A stretch of 64,000 nt of DNA. Origin: the human T2T-CHM13v2.0 reference genome, Homo sapiens. The stretch is taken from NCBI RefSeq assembly GCF_009914755.1, contig NC_060931.1; one strand, 5' to 3'. The notes under the pieces are model-generated. The model was not told where the DNA came from. It saw only the letters and a program-made list of their open reading frames with translations, and ran no database searches. Below, one piece after another: positions 39,126 to 52,504 of this stretch (positions within the stretch are counted from its first letter, which is position 1; each line of letters opens with the position of its first letter). The position numbers and the translations under genes are program-made.

Positions 39126-42100
39126 AGTTCTGCCTGGTTTGAACATCTGGTTCAGTTAAAATACTTCATGAAAATATTTAGCTTGATGCACTGAAATCCA
39201 TCACTGCTTTTGTGGGATGCACTGACTGCAGTCTGACTGTTCTCCTAGTGGAAAGGGGAGCAATAGCTTCTGTCTGCATGTGCATGAAACAGATGGAAAT
39301 TTAGAAGAGATTCTAGTGCAGACAACTTCATCCCACCCCCGCTGCCCACAGAGCTAGCCATGTGCACGGTGTGTTTGAACAATGTTATGTTGCTGCTGTG
39401 CACAGAGATCCCCAGTCTCATAAAACATACTGGATGGAAGGCTGTCGAGAGATCATCAGGCCCCAGTGCATAAGTTCTTCCTAAGCATCCTTAACAGGTG
39501 ATCACCTCGCCTATTGAGAACCCTCAGGAGGCAGCCCACTTACGGAAGCACTGATTGTTACAAAAGCCCTGAACTAAATCTGCTTGTCTCTAAAGCCAGC
39601 CCTGCAGATGTCTGCAGTGTAACTACTTTCTCTTCTCTCAAGCAGTTCAGCCCTTCAAATCATTGACAACAGCTCTACAAAGCCCTCTAAATAGCCCGTT
39701 CTCCTGGCTAAAGTGTGTTGGTTTCCTCAGCATATGATGAAATAAACACCATGATGCCTTTGCCTTGCTTTTTCTTGCTGGTCTCACTCTTCCCTGGCAT
39801 TCTTCAATGTGCCCAAGTCCTTCCTAGAACATTGCACCCAAAGGGCCTTCCTGGTCTTTCCAGGGAATGCAGAATGAAAAAGAAATCCCATCCCCTGCCT
39901 CGAAAGGAGCTCTTCTGTGTGTAAGTGTACCTTCCCCCTCAGGGCATAATGGGAAACAGTTTGCCAAAGCTAACTGTGTAATTTCACATGACTCACTGCC
40001 GTTAGTCTGAGAAAGCATGGCATATTAAACTCATTTTCCATGCTTCCCAACTTTATTTACTATTCCATTTCTGAGGGGCAGAGAGCTGAGCAGGAATAAC
40101 ACCTTCCTTGCTCCTCCTAATGGGGCACATGTGCACATATAAAATTGTGTTCGATCTTTGCAGCCACGACCCATGTTAACTGTCAACTGAGAACTCATGA
40201 GTCAGTTTCTCAGGAACAGCCCTGAAGACATTATCTCCTGCATCTTGTATTTGTGCCTTTGATATTTGGAGGGAAGGGTAGGATCTGGCAATTATCGTTA
40301 TCTCATTTGGTTCAGTGTATTTCATTTCAGCCTGTTAAGATCTTTTGGAAATACTGTATGTGCTAGTTACAGGGACAGTGATAAATAAGACAGCATTCCT
40401 GTCCTTGAGATGCTATTTCCACAGCTCCATGAGATGCCTAGTTAAAAACAGAGCCTTTTTTGGAAACAGCCTACTAATCTGTTAAAATAATAATGGAAAA
40501 AGATAAAGTTAGCATACCTGAGCTGCAAGGGCTGCCTCCTGGTCTGATCTCTGATAAGGATCAGATCCTAGAGCCTCTGAGATCCCTGTCCTCCCTGTCT
40601 GCACAAGCACTCGCAGAAGGAGAAACAGTTTACGGTGGTTCATCATGACTTTGAACCAAGCTTAAAGTCAAAGTCATACTCTTTAAACCATTGGAAACCA
40701 AGTTTTTGCGAGTTGCCTAAAGTGGGCAAAAATCCCACAATGCACCTGAGCACAAGCAGGAAAACATGCCATTGTCTCCCCAGGAGCCCTCCTTGACTTC
40801 TACTTTACTTTATCCATTGACACTAGTCTTATAAGTAGCTTTGTCTGTCCAATTTTTAATTGAATTTCGTTTTTATTTTCGTGAGTGGAAATATCACTTT
40901 GAAAGAAATCAGTCCTCTCCTGAAATCCAGAATTCCTGGAGCTCAGTTTACATGTTTGACGCGTGTCACATGATTCCACAAGTCACTCAAGGGCAGGAGG
41001 ATTACCATCGATACGGAAAGATTTCTTAGAAAGCTTAAGTGAAAGGGAAACCAGGGAGAAAGTGTGCTTCGTGAGAATAGGTATGCGGACGGCTCTTTGT
41101 GACGCTCTGTGCAACCCTCGTGTTTGCATTGAACCAAGCTGTGCTGCAGATGGACACCCATCCCATTTCCCCGACTCATACCAGGGAGGCCCACTTTGCA
41201 AGGTACACAGAGGGGACCACAGAGCAGGGGGCCATGCAGGGGACCAAGGGACATTTTAGTGTAACCAAAGTGTGAAGTATGCCCTTTATTTCAAAAGAAT
41301 AAAGAAAATCACAGGTTTTCCCGCTGATATGCCAGGGACATTTCCAAGAGAATTCCTTTTTTGAGAGAAATCTCCTTTGATATCCCATCAGTCAGCCATA
41401 CTGCATAATTGTTAGATAGTGAAAGAAATTCATTTTTTAAGTTTGTCAGAAAAATAAATTCTTTGAAGTCTTAAATTGTTGCCTCCGGACATGACATATC
41501 TGGCTCTTCCAGAATCCATGTTAGTCCTAGCTGAGGAAGAAGGAGAAGGAGAGGGGCGTTTGTTGATTATTGATTTTGTAAGATGCCCCACACGTTGGCT
41601 ATTAGCAGAATTCTCACTTCTAAAAGGAAAATGAGTGTGAGCTATGTTCAATGAGAAACAGTTATTTTTGGGACATTCTTTGAGGTAAAACACCTCCTTA
41701 AGATGCTGCTTCCTTATTGCTATGGGACCAAGATTAGAGCAAGAACATAGTGGTTTTCAGACCCTGGACATCATCCACAGCCGCAGCAGAGGCCCTGCCC
41801 ACTTGAACAATGAGACAGGCCACCATTTTGTTTCGAGAATGAGCAAAGTGAACCACCATGCCAGATATTGTTAAGTCAGCAACTCTTCTGAAGATGGACA
41901 TAGTAAAAAATAAACAAACAAGGCAGCACTTGAGATGGTCATGGCAGAGCAATCTCAACAAGCGATTTGTTATTTTGCACAGTGATGTACCCACTCATTG
42001 AATAAAATGCACCAGAACCATGCACTACAGATGCTAAGGAGAGTTGTCCTTCAACAAAGGAGATAGGCCCCACTGGCCGTGGGGCAGTTTATGTTATTTG

Positions 42101-45100
42101 GTCCTTGTCATGGGCAGGCATGGCCCTTTCTATGCTTCACAGATGAGGAAGGTCCCTGGCACAGGTCCAGTCTCCAGCATGGCCTAGAGGTGGCAGGTGC
42201 TACTTAGCATCGCCAGCCTCCTGCTTGGTCATGGGGTCAGCCAGTTTATAACACGAACGGAGGTTAATGAACTGATCTTCCCATCGCACAACTGGTATGA
42301 ACCCACATCTTCTGATTATAAATCTTTTGCTCTTTAACTCTTAGTCATTACCACTGTCTAGTGTAGGCCTGTGTGTTCATGGCCTTTGTTGCCACCAAAA
42401 GATCAACTATTAGCTGAATAACATACTGAGACATGTTGGTGTTGTGTTCTAAATAGCACTAGTAAACTGTTAGGGAAATCTGACTATATAGCTACTATCC
42501 AGTCTAGTTTTTCTTGCGAAGTGTTTGTTGAGTGTGTAATGAGGAGTAAGGAAGGTGAATAAGAAATGGCCTGAGTCTTTATAAAATAAGCAAGGAGAGA
42601 AAACAGTTTTGATGAGAAGCGCATGGAATTTTTAGAAGATAGGACGTGTATTATGTACCTATAAGAATGGGTAGGATTTTAGAAGAGATGGATGGGGAAA
42701 AGGAACAGGGAGTGGGAACAAAACGTGGACCAAGGAAGAGCAGGTTTAGCCATGGAAGCCTCACCGCCGGCTTTGGTTTATCGTGGGCCAAGGGGACAGA
42801 CCCTGTGGGGAGGGCTGGCAGCAGGGAGGTCTTCCAGAAGTCTATCCTGCAGGCAGTAACAGCCACCCAGTCTATAAGCTGAGTGGGCATGGGGGTGATG
42901 GGGAATGGGTGGGGAGTTATTGGGGTAACTTACCCCAAAATGATAGCTAGCTGGAACCATTTATTCTATTGCATTTTATCAATAAATCTTATAGGAAGTA
43001 CCATCCTAGTGAAAACCCTGTCACATTGAGGGCATTCATGCTTATGTTTTAAAACATGTTATTGGGTCTATGAAAAATAAGGCTGAAACCTATGAGCACC
43101 CTCCATGCAAAGTTTCAGTCAAGACTTTGGAAACAAGACAGTGTCTTACTCACTTTATAAATTCATTCAGAAAGCCGTAGGTTTGAAAATTCCAAACTTA
43201 GATGTAAGAAGCTCTGAGAAACACATGAAATCACCCCCACATCAGTAGAGATGTCTCAGCAGACATGGGAAGAGGGGCAGCAGGGTGTAGGGAGGTGGGG
43301 CAGCCCCGGGGTGGGCCTTGCAGGCTGGGCTTGAATCCCATGGCCACCACCGTCCGCTGGGAGGCCTGGAGCCGGCTGCCCACTCTCTGACCAGCACATG
43401 TTGATGCTGTATCCTTGAAGGGACCGTGGTCTGACATCCTGTGATGCAGACCTGAATCCAGCACCCACAGGGTCTGCACATTCCCTCTTTGAGGTGGAGC
43501 CCAGCTCCAGAGGCTGGTCCCTGACTCTGTTTCTCAAGAAGCCTGTACAGATGTTCCCCTCACCACTGTTTCCAGTCACCTTTGGCTTTCACGGTGCAGA
43601 TGCTAAGTTTGATTTTCAGAGCCCATCTGGGAATTTAGTGAACTGAACAGGTAGCATTTCTGAACCCACCCATAACCCATGCCCTCCCCACTGATTTTGA
43701 AAGAGAGTTTGCTGCAGGTGACTTTGCAGCTGGGTAGAGAATCTTGGGGCAGGATTCTGAGGCAGGCAGATGAGTGAGGATAAATTGGGTTCTGACGGCA
43801 CGTTACACCAGTGGACTCTAACGACGACCTCACCTCGTGCACAGATAATTCTGCCTTGTGCTTAACCGTTAGAAATGTGTCACTGAAGTGTGAACATATT
43901 ATGCTGTTAGATTTCCCATCATTTCTGTTCTTTCATTCCCTCTCATTTGCATTGGTTACTCATAAATGTAGATCTTTGGTATGATTTGTACAACTGCCGG
44001 GTGTCAATCTGTGAAAGAAATAGCAGAGCAAGCTGGGCTCTGGTAGCGCTTTATCCCTGCGTGCTGGCTTGCCCGGGTTGACTCAGAGGCAGTCTCACAT
44101 TCAGCTGCGCTGGGGCCAAGGACCCAGGGAGCCAAGTGTGTTTCTGTTTTCTGTATTTAGCAATTTAAGACCTGCGTTTAAATACTAGCTATGCATTCTA
44201 GCAAAAGAGGTTTATATTTTAACACAGTAACTCTTAATTGTTTAATTCAGTTCGTGTGTTACCTCTCGGAATAAAATAGTGGAAGCCAATTAACTATAGA
44301 CTTCATTAGTTTGGATTTAAGATCACCAAAACATTTACCACATCTCAATTGTTCATTACATGCTCTCTCTTTTTTAATGCAGTTTTTATAATATGGGGAG
44401 TGGGGGTGTGGATTTAACCATTATATTTTTATGATATTGGGAGTAGATTTAACCATTATGTAAATTGGATTTTTTAATTTTAAAAAGTCACTTATCTTGA
44501 TGTAAAATCATGTCTTAGTAACCTTGATAAACTAAGTTTTGCATGATTACACCTTAAGGTTAAAACATATTTCATTTCATCATTTCCCAGAAGGGGCACT
44601 GAATTCACCCATTTCCTGTTTTTCATCTCAGAATGTTCTGTGTTTCCTCCATATCTACTTTCCCGGCAGCAGGACCCTGGAAGCAGTCACACCAACCTCA
44701 TTTACCCCACCTGAGATTTGTGCGCTTTGAACATAGTTGCAATCAAATCAACAATATCTTTGCTCAGAAATGGATATGTGAAGTAAAATGTGCTGCCCTG
44801 TTCATGTATGAAATCATTCAGCTAGCTGGCCAGTGAGCCCTTCATTGCAACAAAGATTTTTCTAGAGCCCCTGCACTATCTGGGGCTATGTCAGGCCTCA
44901 CACTCCTGCTCACACGTTTGGAGGCTACCTTGGCCAGTATTACCTTAATCCAGCATTTAGGGGAAGGAGCATTTCAAGACTAAATTTTCTAAACTGCTCA
45001 AGCCTACCTCATTTTATTTCTTGTGTATTTTAACACTTTTGGATGAGGACTCTTCCTAGAACCTACTAACAATTCCCCCCCGCCCCCATGCCAAGATTCT

Positions 45101-48100
45101 TTAAAGACGTTCTTGAAAACGCTTCAGTCTTTTCTTCTTAGCTCAAAAGTACTATCCTAAATACTAGCTCTGGCATTACAGGGAGTTAATTTGTGGGCAC
45201 ACACAGTAAATTATAAACCCCTTAAGCAGAGAAGATTGTATTATCAGTTTATTAGTTTTCTTATTCATTCCTTCAGCACACATTTCTGTTGCCTCCAATG
45301 CAGCAGAGAAATTGACTTCTACAGTTTCCACAACAGTCCAGATTTCAACTGTGTAGTGCTCTTTCAGCCAGAAAGTACACTTGTGTTTCCCTGGCCATAG
45401 GTCCTGAACCTCACTTCTGAAAAGTCATTGTGCATAGAGAGCTAATAGCTGTACCCTAAATGATCCTGGCTTTGAATTCTCTTATCTGCTTGGATAGTAT
45501 TATCTGTCTCTTCCTCTGCATTCTAATTTGCTACTTCTAATCTGCTGGGAATTACAATAAGAAAGAACCATTTAATCATTTTTACAACTGTGCCTAAAGA
45601 GAGTGTGTGTAAGTGCCGAGAGAGTGTATGAGGGACTTGCCCATGAGTAAATGCATGAATTTTAGGTCAAGGGTTTTTTGCTTCTCTTTTGGTTGATTAC
45701 CTCAGAGATCAGTTTTACTTTCTTTCTCATTCTTGACCTATCATCACTAGCTGATATGGATGATGTGTACAACTTCTGAGTAAGAATAATGTCAATGGGA
45801 CGGGATGGGATTGGCTGGTGATTCTGTTGATCTTAAAGTTTATATATTTTAAGTTTAGTGTTTCAGAATGAGACCAAAGCGGTGACATTTTCAACCTCTT
45901 CGGTCTCTCTTCAGTTTTTTCATTTTAAGTTTTTGTTGTGCTTCTATCACTTAAAGGAAGCCTCCAAGTTGAAATCAAATACTAATGACATTTTTATCTA
46001 ATGTATAAATGTGTTTTTATTATTTATTAGGAAATTTATTTTACTTGGCCCTCAGCCATGACATATCATGGCATAATCACTATCCTAAATTTGTATATCT
46101 TATCCTTGCATAAGGTAAGACTTTCTATGAATTACACATATTTGTATTTTCCTCTCTTACATATTTTAAGAATTTTTTTATACTTTGTTTTCTGCAAATG
46201 AAATATTGCTCATAAGCCAGGTGATGGCTGTCCACGCCTCTTTTCCCCTGCTTACCCTTGCTTAGATCTTATGGTAGAATCTTTTCATAGAAGACACAGA
46301 AAGACATGAAAGAAAGAGCTGGAGAAGCCTGAGGGGCTGCCCAGTGGTCTGCTAGGATGCTGTGCCACAGCCCAGGCACAGGAGGCAGGGAGAGCAATGG
46401 GGCCCTTCCCTTCCACCAACATTCAGCAGAATTTGCAGCTCCATGTTTCCAAAGCTTCCAGGGCACTTGCATTTAGAGAGAGAGAGCAAGCAAGCTGCCT
46501 TTCCTCTTCCTCAGTTCTGCCAGCCACACTCTTGCCATGATGAGCAGTTTCAGCCAAAAGCTCCTTCCCCTGCCCTAACACCTCCTGCAAGGCCTGAGGT
46601 CTGGAAGCCACCTGCGCCTGCTGGCCCCTCCTTTCTTGTTTCTGCAATGGATGTTGTGGCCCTGTGAGGGAGAAGAGAAAAAGAAGTTGCCCTCCTCCCT
46701 CTATCCTCACCTCCTGCCATGCTGTCACCCTTATAAGAGAGAAGGGCTAACCATCCAGGCTAATCCTCCAGTGATGCAGGAGAGGACATCCTGGCCGGAA
46801 GAGTCAGAGCTTCCAGGTGAGCTCAGGTGGGTCAGCCCCCGAGGCTGTGAAGAGCCCAGGGGCCAGTAGATGCCACTTTTGCTCCAGGAAGAATCTTCAA
46901 CTGTGTCCTTTTTATTCAAGGGGCTCTCTTTTCAGCGAATCTCTAGATGTACTAGTCACAAACACTCGCATTTATTAAAATGTATCCATGATCCCACAAT
47001 CCTTTTACATATTTCTCTCCAGGAGTATCACATTTCTGAGGGCCCTGTGCCTGTTTTCTGCAGGAAGTTGCTGTTGTCCCGGGTCCCCCTGCCCCCAGCA
47101 CCTCTGTTACAAGAAGCAGACCCTTCATGCCACACTGGGACCCAGGCAGGCCCCAAGCCAGGATGCTGGGATCTTAGTAAAGGTTGGAATGATGTCAGAA
47201 CATAGAGGAGGCAGAATTCCCCCCATAGCATCATCCTGGAGGGCGCTGATTTGTGTGCTCTGCCAGGTTCATCTGTGACTCAGGATTTAAAAGCCCCAGG
47301 TGTGGTGTCCCTTCTGTGCCTGCAAGGTGCGTCTTTAGCAGTTCTCCCTGGTGTGGAAGGATCAGTGGTTCTTGCAGCCTAGGCACCCTCCACAGCAAGC
47401 CCAACACAGGTGCTGTGAGCAGCTGGTTCATGAACGGTGATCCTGGGGAGAAGAGGAGGATGAAAATGGAAAACCAGTGCAAAGGTGTGTCATCCAGTTG
47501 GTTACTGCTGTGGGTGCCCGGGCTTCCATCCCACCAGAGCCCCCACTAGCCAGGGCAGCCTGGCGGAGGTGAGCATCATTCTGCTTTCTGGCTGCACCTG
47601 TGTGGACAGAGCCCGTTCCAAAGCCTCCCAGGCACAGGGCAGACATCAAGCAAGGGGCAGAGCTGGGGCGAGGGCTCTGGGTGCCCCCGTTATTGAACAC
47701 AGGCCTGAAGGGAGCCTAAGAGGTGGCTGGCAGGAGATACTACAAGGCAGAAAGACAGGGCAGCAGTCTTTGTACTGTACGTTTTTGTTTTTTAAGAGAG
47801 AACAAAAAGTCAAGGTTGAGAGATGAGAAATACTCTTGCCAAAAAGAGAACACCAAAATCCTGGAGTCACGGGTCTTCCATTACCCTCTCTAGCATTTCT
47901 GCTTGTCTTTTCCCTAGTATTGGTGAAGAATTTTTAAAGTAACCAACCCATACCGTTGGTTACAGGCCCTGTGGTCACCAGGCTGTCTCCCCATGATGGG
48001 GATGGAGAGTGGTTAGTGCAGAAACTTAGACCTCCCCTCCAGCTTGTTGAATGCCCTGAAGTTTATCTAGAAGGGAAGATACTCAAGCGTAGGATTTCAG

Positions 48101-48431
48101 TGATGCATTTGGACAGCATCAGTACTATGCTTCAGCGTCAAAAACGTCACTTTGGGTAGGAACAATACATAATGCGTGGCAATGCCTTTTGTGACACCTG
48201 TTCAGGAGATTCCCATAGGAAGCTTCTGAGGCAGAGTCCTCAGGTGAGGAGGGGGACAGGCCTGGGTCTTGGGGGAAGGTGGAGATGACCAGCCTCATGC
48301 CTCTCTCCCCAGTGGCCTCAGTCTCCATCAGGCAAATCTTGAGAAGCCTCCTCCATTCTGCAGGCAAATGACTGAGATGTGTGAGCTCTGCTTCCCAACA
48401 GGCGGAAATTCACATGGGGAAGGGCACCTGT

Positions 48432-48539
48432 GAATGGCCTTCTAGAACTATCAGGAAGTTCTGGATTTAGTACCCTGTGAGAGCAGATGGTCCTGGGTGC
48501 ACTCGGATGATCCTGCCTAGCCAGCTGGATTGCAGAGTG
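48432..48539 (+). repeat. Copy 1 of a ~110-bp dispersed direct repeat
   Basis: GAATGGCCTTCTAGAACTATCAGGAAGTTCTGGATTTAGTACCCTGTG...CAGATGGTC...GGATGATC...GAGTG aligns to 49477-49588. Confidence 0.9.
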
Positions 48540-48829
48540 GTCATCATTATCAGTGAGCTATTGAGGGGTTGAGAGCAGTCAGTGTCATGTATAAGGATGG
48601 GTTGGGGTACCGGCCAACGCCCGCCTTGAGGCCTGGCCGCCGGATGGGAGGCGAGAGCACAAGAGAGTCCTGGCTAGGTGTGCCCCGCTCTGCAGGGCCA
48701 CACCATCCACTGGAAACCCTGTGCCCACTGGGCTGCGTGCTAAGAGGCTGTGGCCAATGCTCTTGTCCAAATTTTACTGAATCTGCAGTCTCTCTTAATT
48801 CACTCCAAAGTTTAATGTGTTAGCTTGCG

Positions 48830-48831
48830 AA

Positions 48832-48870
<39 letters not shown>

Positions 48871-48872
48871 AT
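48830..48872. repeat. (AAAT)10 microsatellite
   Basis: Perfect tetranucleotide repeat. Confidence 0.95.
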
Positions 48873-49476
48873 GGAAAGAAACAGTCCTCAGAAAGTCCCA
48901 GTCAAATTTTAATTCCAACAGATATTCAGCAGTTTCCTCTAAGAACAATGAGAGTTCTGGGGCTAGCCAGTGTTTCTCTTGGAAAATAAGGAAGAGGGAA
49001 AGCGGTGCATTCATTTAAAAACCTGCCCTAGGGAGGCAGCGTTCCCTGTGAACTCCGAGGCCACAGTGAGCAGAGCAGGCTGGAGGCCTCCCGGCTGTCC
49101 TGCCCCTCCTGCCACATGCCTGTGAAAATGCTAGATAAGGACTTTTTCTCAGCAACTTCCACGCTCCTTCAGTGGGGATGTCTTTGACTCAGAGCTCTGC
49201 CACTGGTTATCTCCACGAACAGAAAATGCCACAGATGGGTTAATTCACTGTGTTGTTCTCATTTTCCCTCAGTTTCAGGCTTTTCTCTCCTTGCCTGTTT
49301 TCCTCGCTTAAAAAATGATGTGGGGGTCCCTAAACGCATCTACCCCGATAGATTTATGTTTTCTTTTCCATTAGTCCACTTTGCGTCTCAGCCCTAAAAT
49401 TAAGTTTTTGATTATAATGTAAGGAAGTTTTACCATATTTTAACTCTGGCTTTTTAAATACAAAAGAAAAATAACA

Positions 49477-49588
49477 GAATGGGCTTCTAGAACTATCAGG
49501 AACTTCTGGATCTAGTACCCTGTGGGGACAGATGGTCTGGAGCCAGCGCACTTGGATGATCTCTCTCAGCCATCTGGACCGTAGAGTG
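49477..49588 (+). repeat. Copy 2 of a ~110-bp dispersed direct repeat
   Basis: GAATGGGCTTCTAGAACTATCAGGAACTTCTGGATCTAGTACCCTGTG...CAGATGGTC...GGATGATC...GAGTG. Confidence 0.9.
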
Positions 49589-49666
49589 AACTTGTTACTG
49601 TCCCTCCAAGGCTGACAACTATGAGCTCATACTCTTCTAGCAGTTTAATTTAGACCCAAGAAAGGC

Positions 49667-49820
49667 TGTGTGTGTGTGAATTTGTGAGAGTGTGTGAGTG
49701 TGTCTTTGTGCCTGTGTTTCTGTGTGTGTCTGTGTGTACATGTGTGTCTGTGGGGTGTGTCTGTGTGTGCACGGCTGTGTGTCTGCGCGTGTGCATGGCT
49801 TTGTCTGTGTGTGTGCGCAC
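49667..49820. repeat. Degenerate (TG)n tract
   Basis: Interrupted TG repeats over ~150 nt. Confidence 0.85.
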
Positions 49821-51029
49821 GCACTCTGCTAAGCTACTCAATGCAATTCCTTACTCTTACTTCCCTTTCTGTCACTTCTCCATAATTCTTTGTATTTCGG
49901 TTGGGCTGGTATCTCGCGGCGGCTTCCTCTTTTCCTGCATTCCTATATTTCATTATTTGCTCTTGTTCCTCTTCTAGGGCTTTTACAATATAGCCAGGAG
50001 GATGTGGAAACCCAGTTACAAGATGACACACAAGCACAGTGTCACAATCGCTGTGCTTGGGCCCTACCTCCTGGAGACCAGGGTGGGACGGTGTCTCTGG
50101 ATATGGAGGGAAGGGCGGAAGATCACGGGGTGGCAGAAGGCCCGACTGTCCGGTCTTCTGGAAGCTGGGGTCTCGTGGTCGCTGGGCTGGTGGTGCTCTA
50201 AAACCTAGAGTAACCGAGAGCAGGATGACTGCACCCCTGACTGCCGACTCACCGGGCTTCGGAGGGCCATGGGTGTGTGATTCCACTTGTGATCCTCCTA
50301 CTTCCCCAGCCCACCCTGGTGGTCTCCCACTTCTCTCTCTCTGCCTGTGGAGTGTTATAACCGACTCCTTCTTCTAGGCATCTCCATCCCAACCCCAGAC
50401 CAGTTCCCTTAAACCACCTCCCACCACAGGACCCCCACAAGCAGGGACCTCTCACAGTTCCTGTTGCCTGGGGACTTCATCTCAGCTTCCAAGGCCTCTG
50501 AAACCAGGCCCTGCATCCTGGGCATGACTGTCCCCATGATTCTCTGAGCCAGCCACCACCCCACCACCCCCCCACCGCCAAGTCCACTGCTGACCCTGCT
50601 GTAGCCCCCCACCTCCACTTGTTGAGATTCCCTCTTCCTGCTTCTCATTTTGAATGTCACCCTTCTGTGACTTCTCACAACCCCCCTGCCACCCCTCCCT
50701 CCAGTTGGCATGGCTTAGTCTTCCTAAGAACATGTGCTGCTTCCCAGTACCCAGGGCTGCTGTGCACCGTGGCACGTGAGTTTCGGTGCATCTTCCTCCT
50801 GCTGTTTATAGATTGCAACATCCCTGGACAGATCTTGGATTTTCCCTCTATAATTTCTCTGGAGACTCCCTCGGGGTTTGCACACACATCTGTGGAATGC
50901 CCAAGTTGGAGATGGTCCTCCCTGATGTGTAGTGTGGGCTATTCAGAGGGCCTCATTTCATAAACTCATTAACAGCTAGGACGCGAAGACTTGGAGAAGT
51001 TAGCTCAGGACACACGGAGTGGGAGGGAG

Positions 51030-51350
51030 GCAACGAGTTAAGAAATGGGCTTTGGAGTGCCTCGAATTTGGCCTCCACTTTTCTTTTCTACTGTCTTACC
51101 TGGTCTTAGGCAGGTCGGGTGACCATCTGGAGTCGGAGTTTCTCTCATTTGTAAAGCGGGGGTGATATTTTTCTCACAGGGCTGCTTCAAGGGTTAACAA
51201 AGTTAATGTCTAGGAAGGACATAGCATAGCACCTTCACCTGGTTGCAAGCCCCTGGAGTCACATGGCAACAGCTGTGGAACCAGGTAAATGACTTGACTT
51301 ACATGTTACACGCTCTTAGTTGTTCGATTTGTAAATGGGAAGAGTGTGTG
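51030..51350 (+). mobile_element. MIR element(s)
   Basis: gttaagaaatgggctttggag...agtttctctcatttgtaaagcgggg...cacagggctgc matches MIR; a second core, atttgtaaatggg, lies near 51330. Confidence 0.7.
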
Positions 51351-52196
51351 ACCCAAATTAGTCGTTTCCAGATATTTCCTGGTAAATGGTTGTTGAATCA
51401 TAAAACTAGAAAGATGGGAAAGAAAGGGAGGAACCCCCCTTACTTCGAAGAAGTGTTGTTGATGTGAAGGACAGGACTTTTTGAGACACTCTCATCCTAA
51501 GAAACAGCTGATATCTACTAGGAAAAAACATGACATTTGAAGTTTCTTCCTAAGAGATGTGAGGTTTTGACAGAAGTGCCAGGAAGCCAGAGGTGTGTGA
51601 GTAGTGGGCCAATCTCACGTGAAGGCTGTGGGACGGGGCAGGAGAGGGGCAGCCAGCATTTCCTGAGCGCCAGCTAATGGCGGGGACCTGGCACCTTTGC
51701 TCTGTGACTCTCCAGCTGTATGGTGACATGAGGCTGGCGTTTTCTTTGGTTTCATACGTGAGGAAGCTGAGGCTTGGTGATGTCCTGTGCATGGCTCGGA
51801 CTCCAGAGCTACTCAGAGGCAGAGGCCGTCTGTAAACACCTTCAGGTGGTTGGAGGCAGGGTGCTGCAGCCAATGCTGATCACTCACAAGCCAAGGCTTT
51901 ATTGTAAGGGCTAAATAAAATAACATATGCCTAGCATTTATACAGCACGGGGCTTTTTAGGAAATAGTGAGACGACCATGGAGAGGTGGAGGAAGAGAGA
52001 AGGGAAAGAAGAAAAAGAAAAAAAAAGCCTTAAAGAGTTTCTTAAGAGAACTATATATTACAAAGTCCTTGGAGTTTTTTTTTCCCTGGTTAGACATAAG
52101 TTTACATGAAACGTTAAACGGCTTAAAGTAGCCACATCTCCTTCCTTATGTCTTCTCACAGCCACTTGTGAGTTTCTTATCAAGATACAGAATTAT

Positions 52197-52504
52197 GGCC
52201 AAGTGCGGTAGCTCACACGTGTAATCCCAGCACTTTGAGAGACTGAGGTGGAAGGATCATGTGTGCTCAGGAGTTTCAGACCAACCTAGGCAATATGGTA
52301 AAACCCTGTCTCTACAAAAAAATACAAAAATTAGCTGGGCATGGTGGCATATTCCAATAGTTCCAGGCACTCGGGAGGCTGAGACAGGAGGATTGCTTGA
52401 GCCCAAGAGGTCAAGACTGCAGTGAGCTGTGATCGAGCCACTGCACTACAGCCTGGGCCACAGAGCAAGATCCTGTCTCAAAAAATAAAATAAAATAAAA
52501 TAAA
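52197..52504 (+). mobile_element. AluJ, sense
   Basis: Diverged Alu with J-diagnostic gaggattgcttgagccc...actgcagtgagctgtgatc and an (AAAAT)n tail. Confidence 0.9.
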
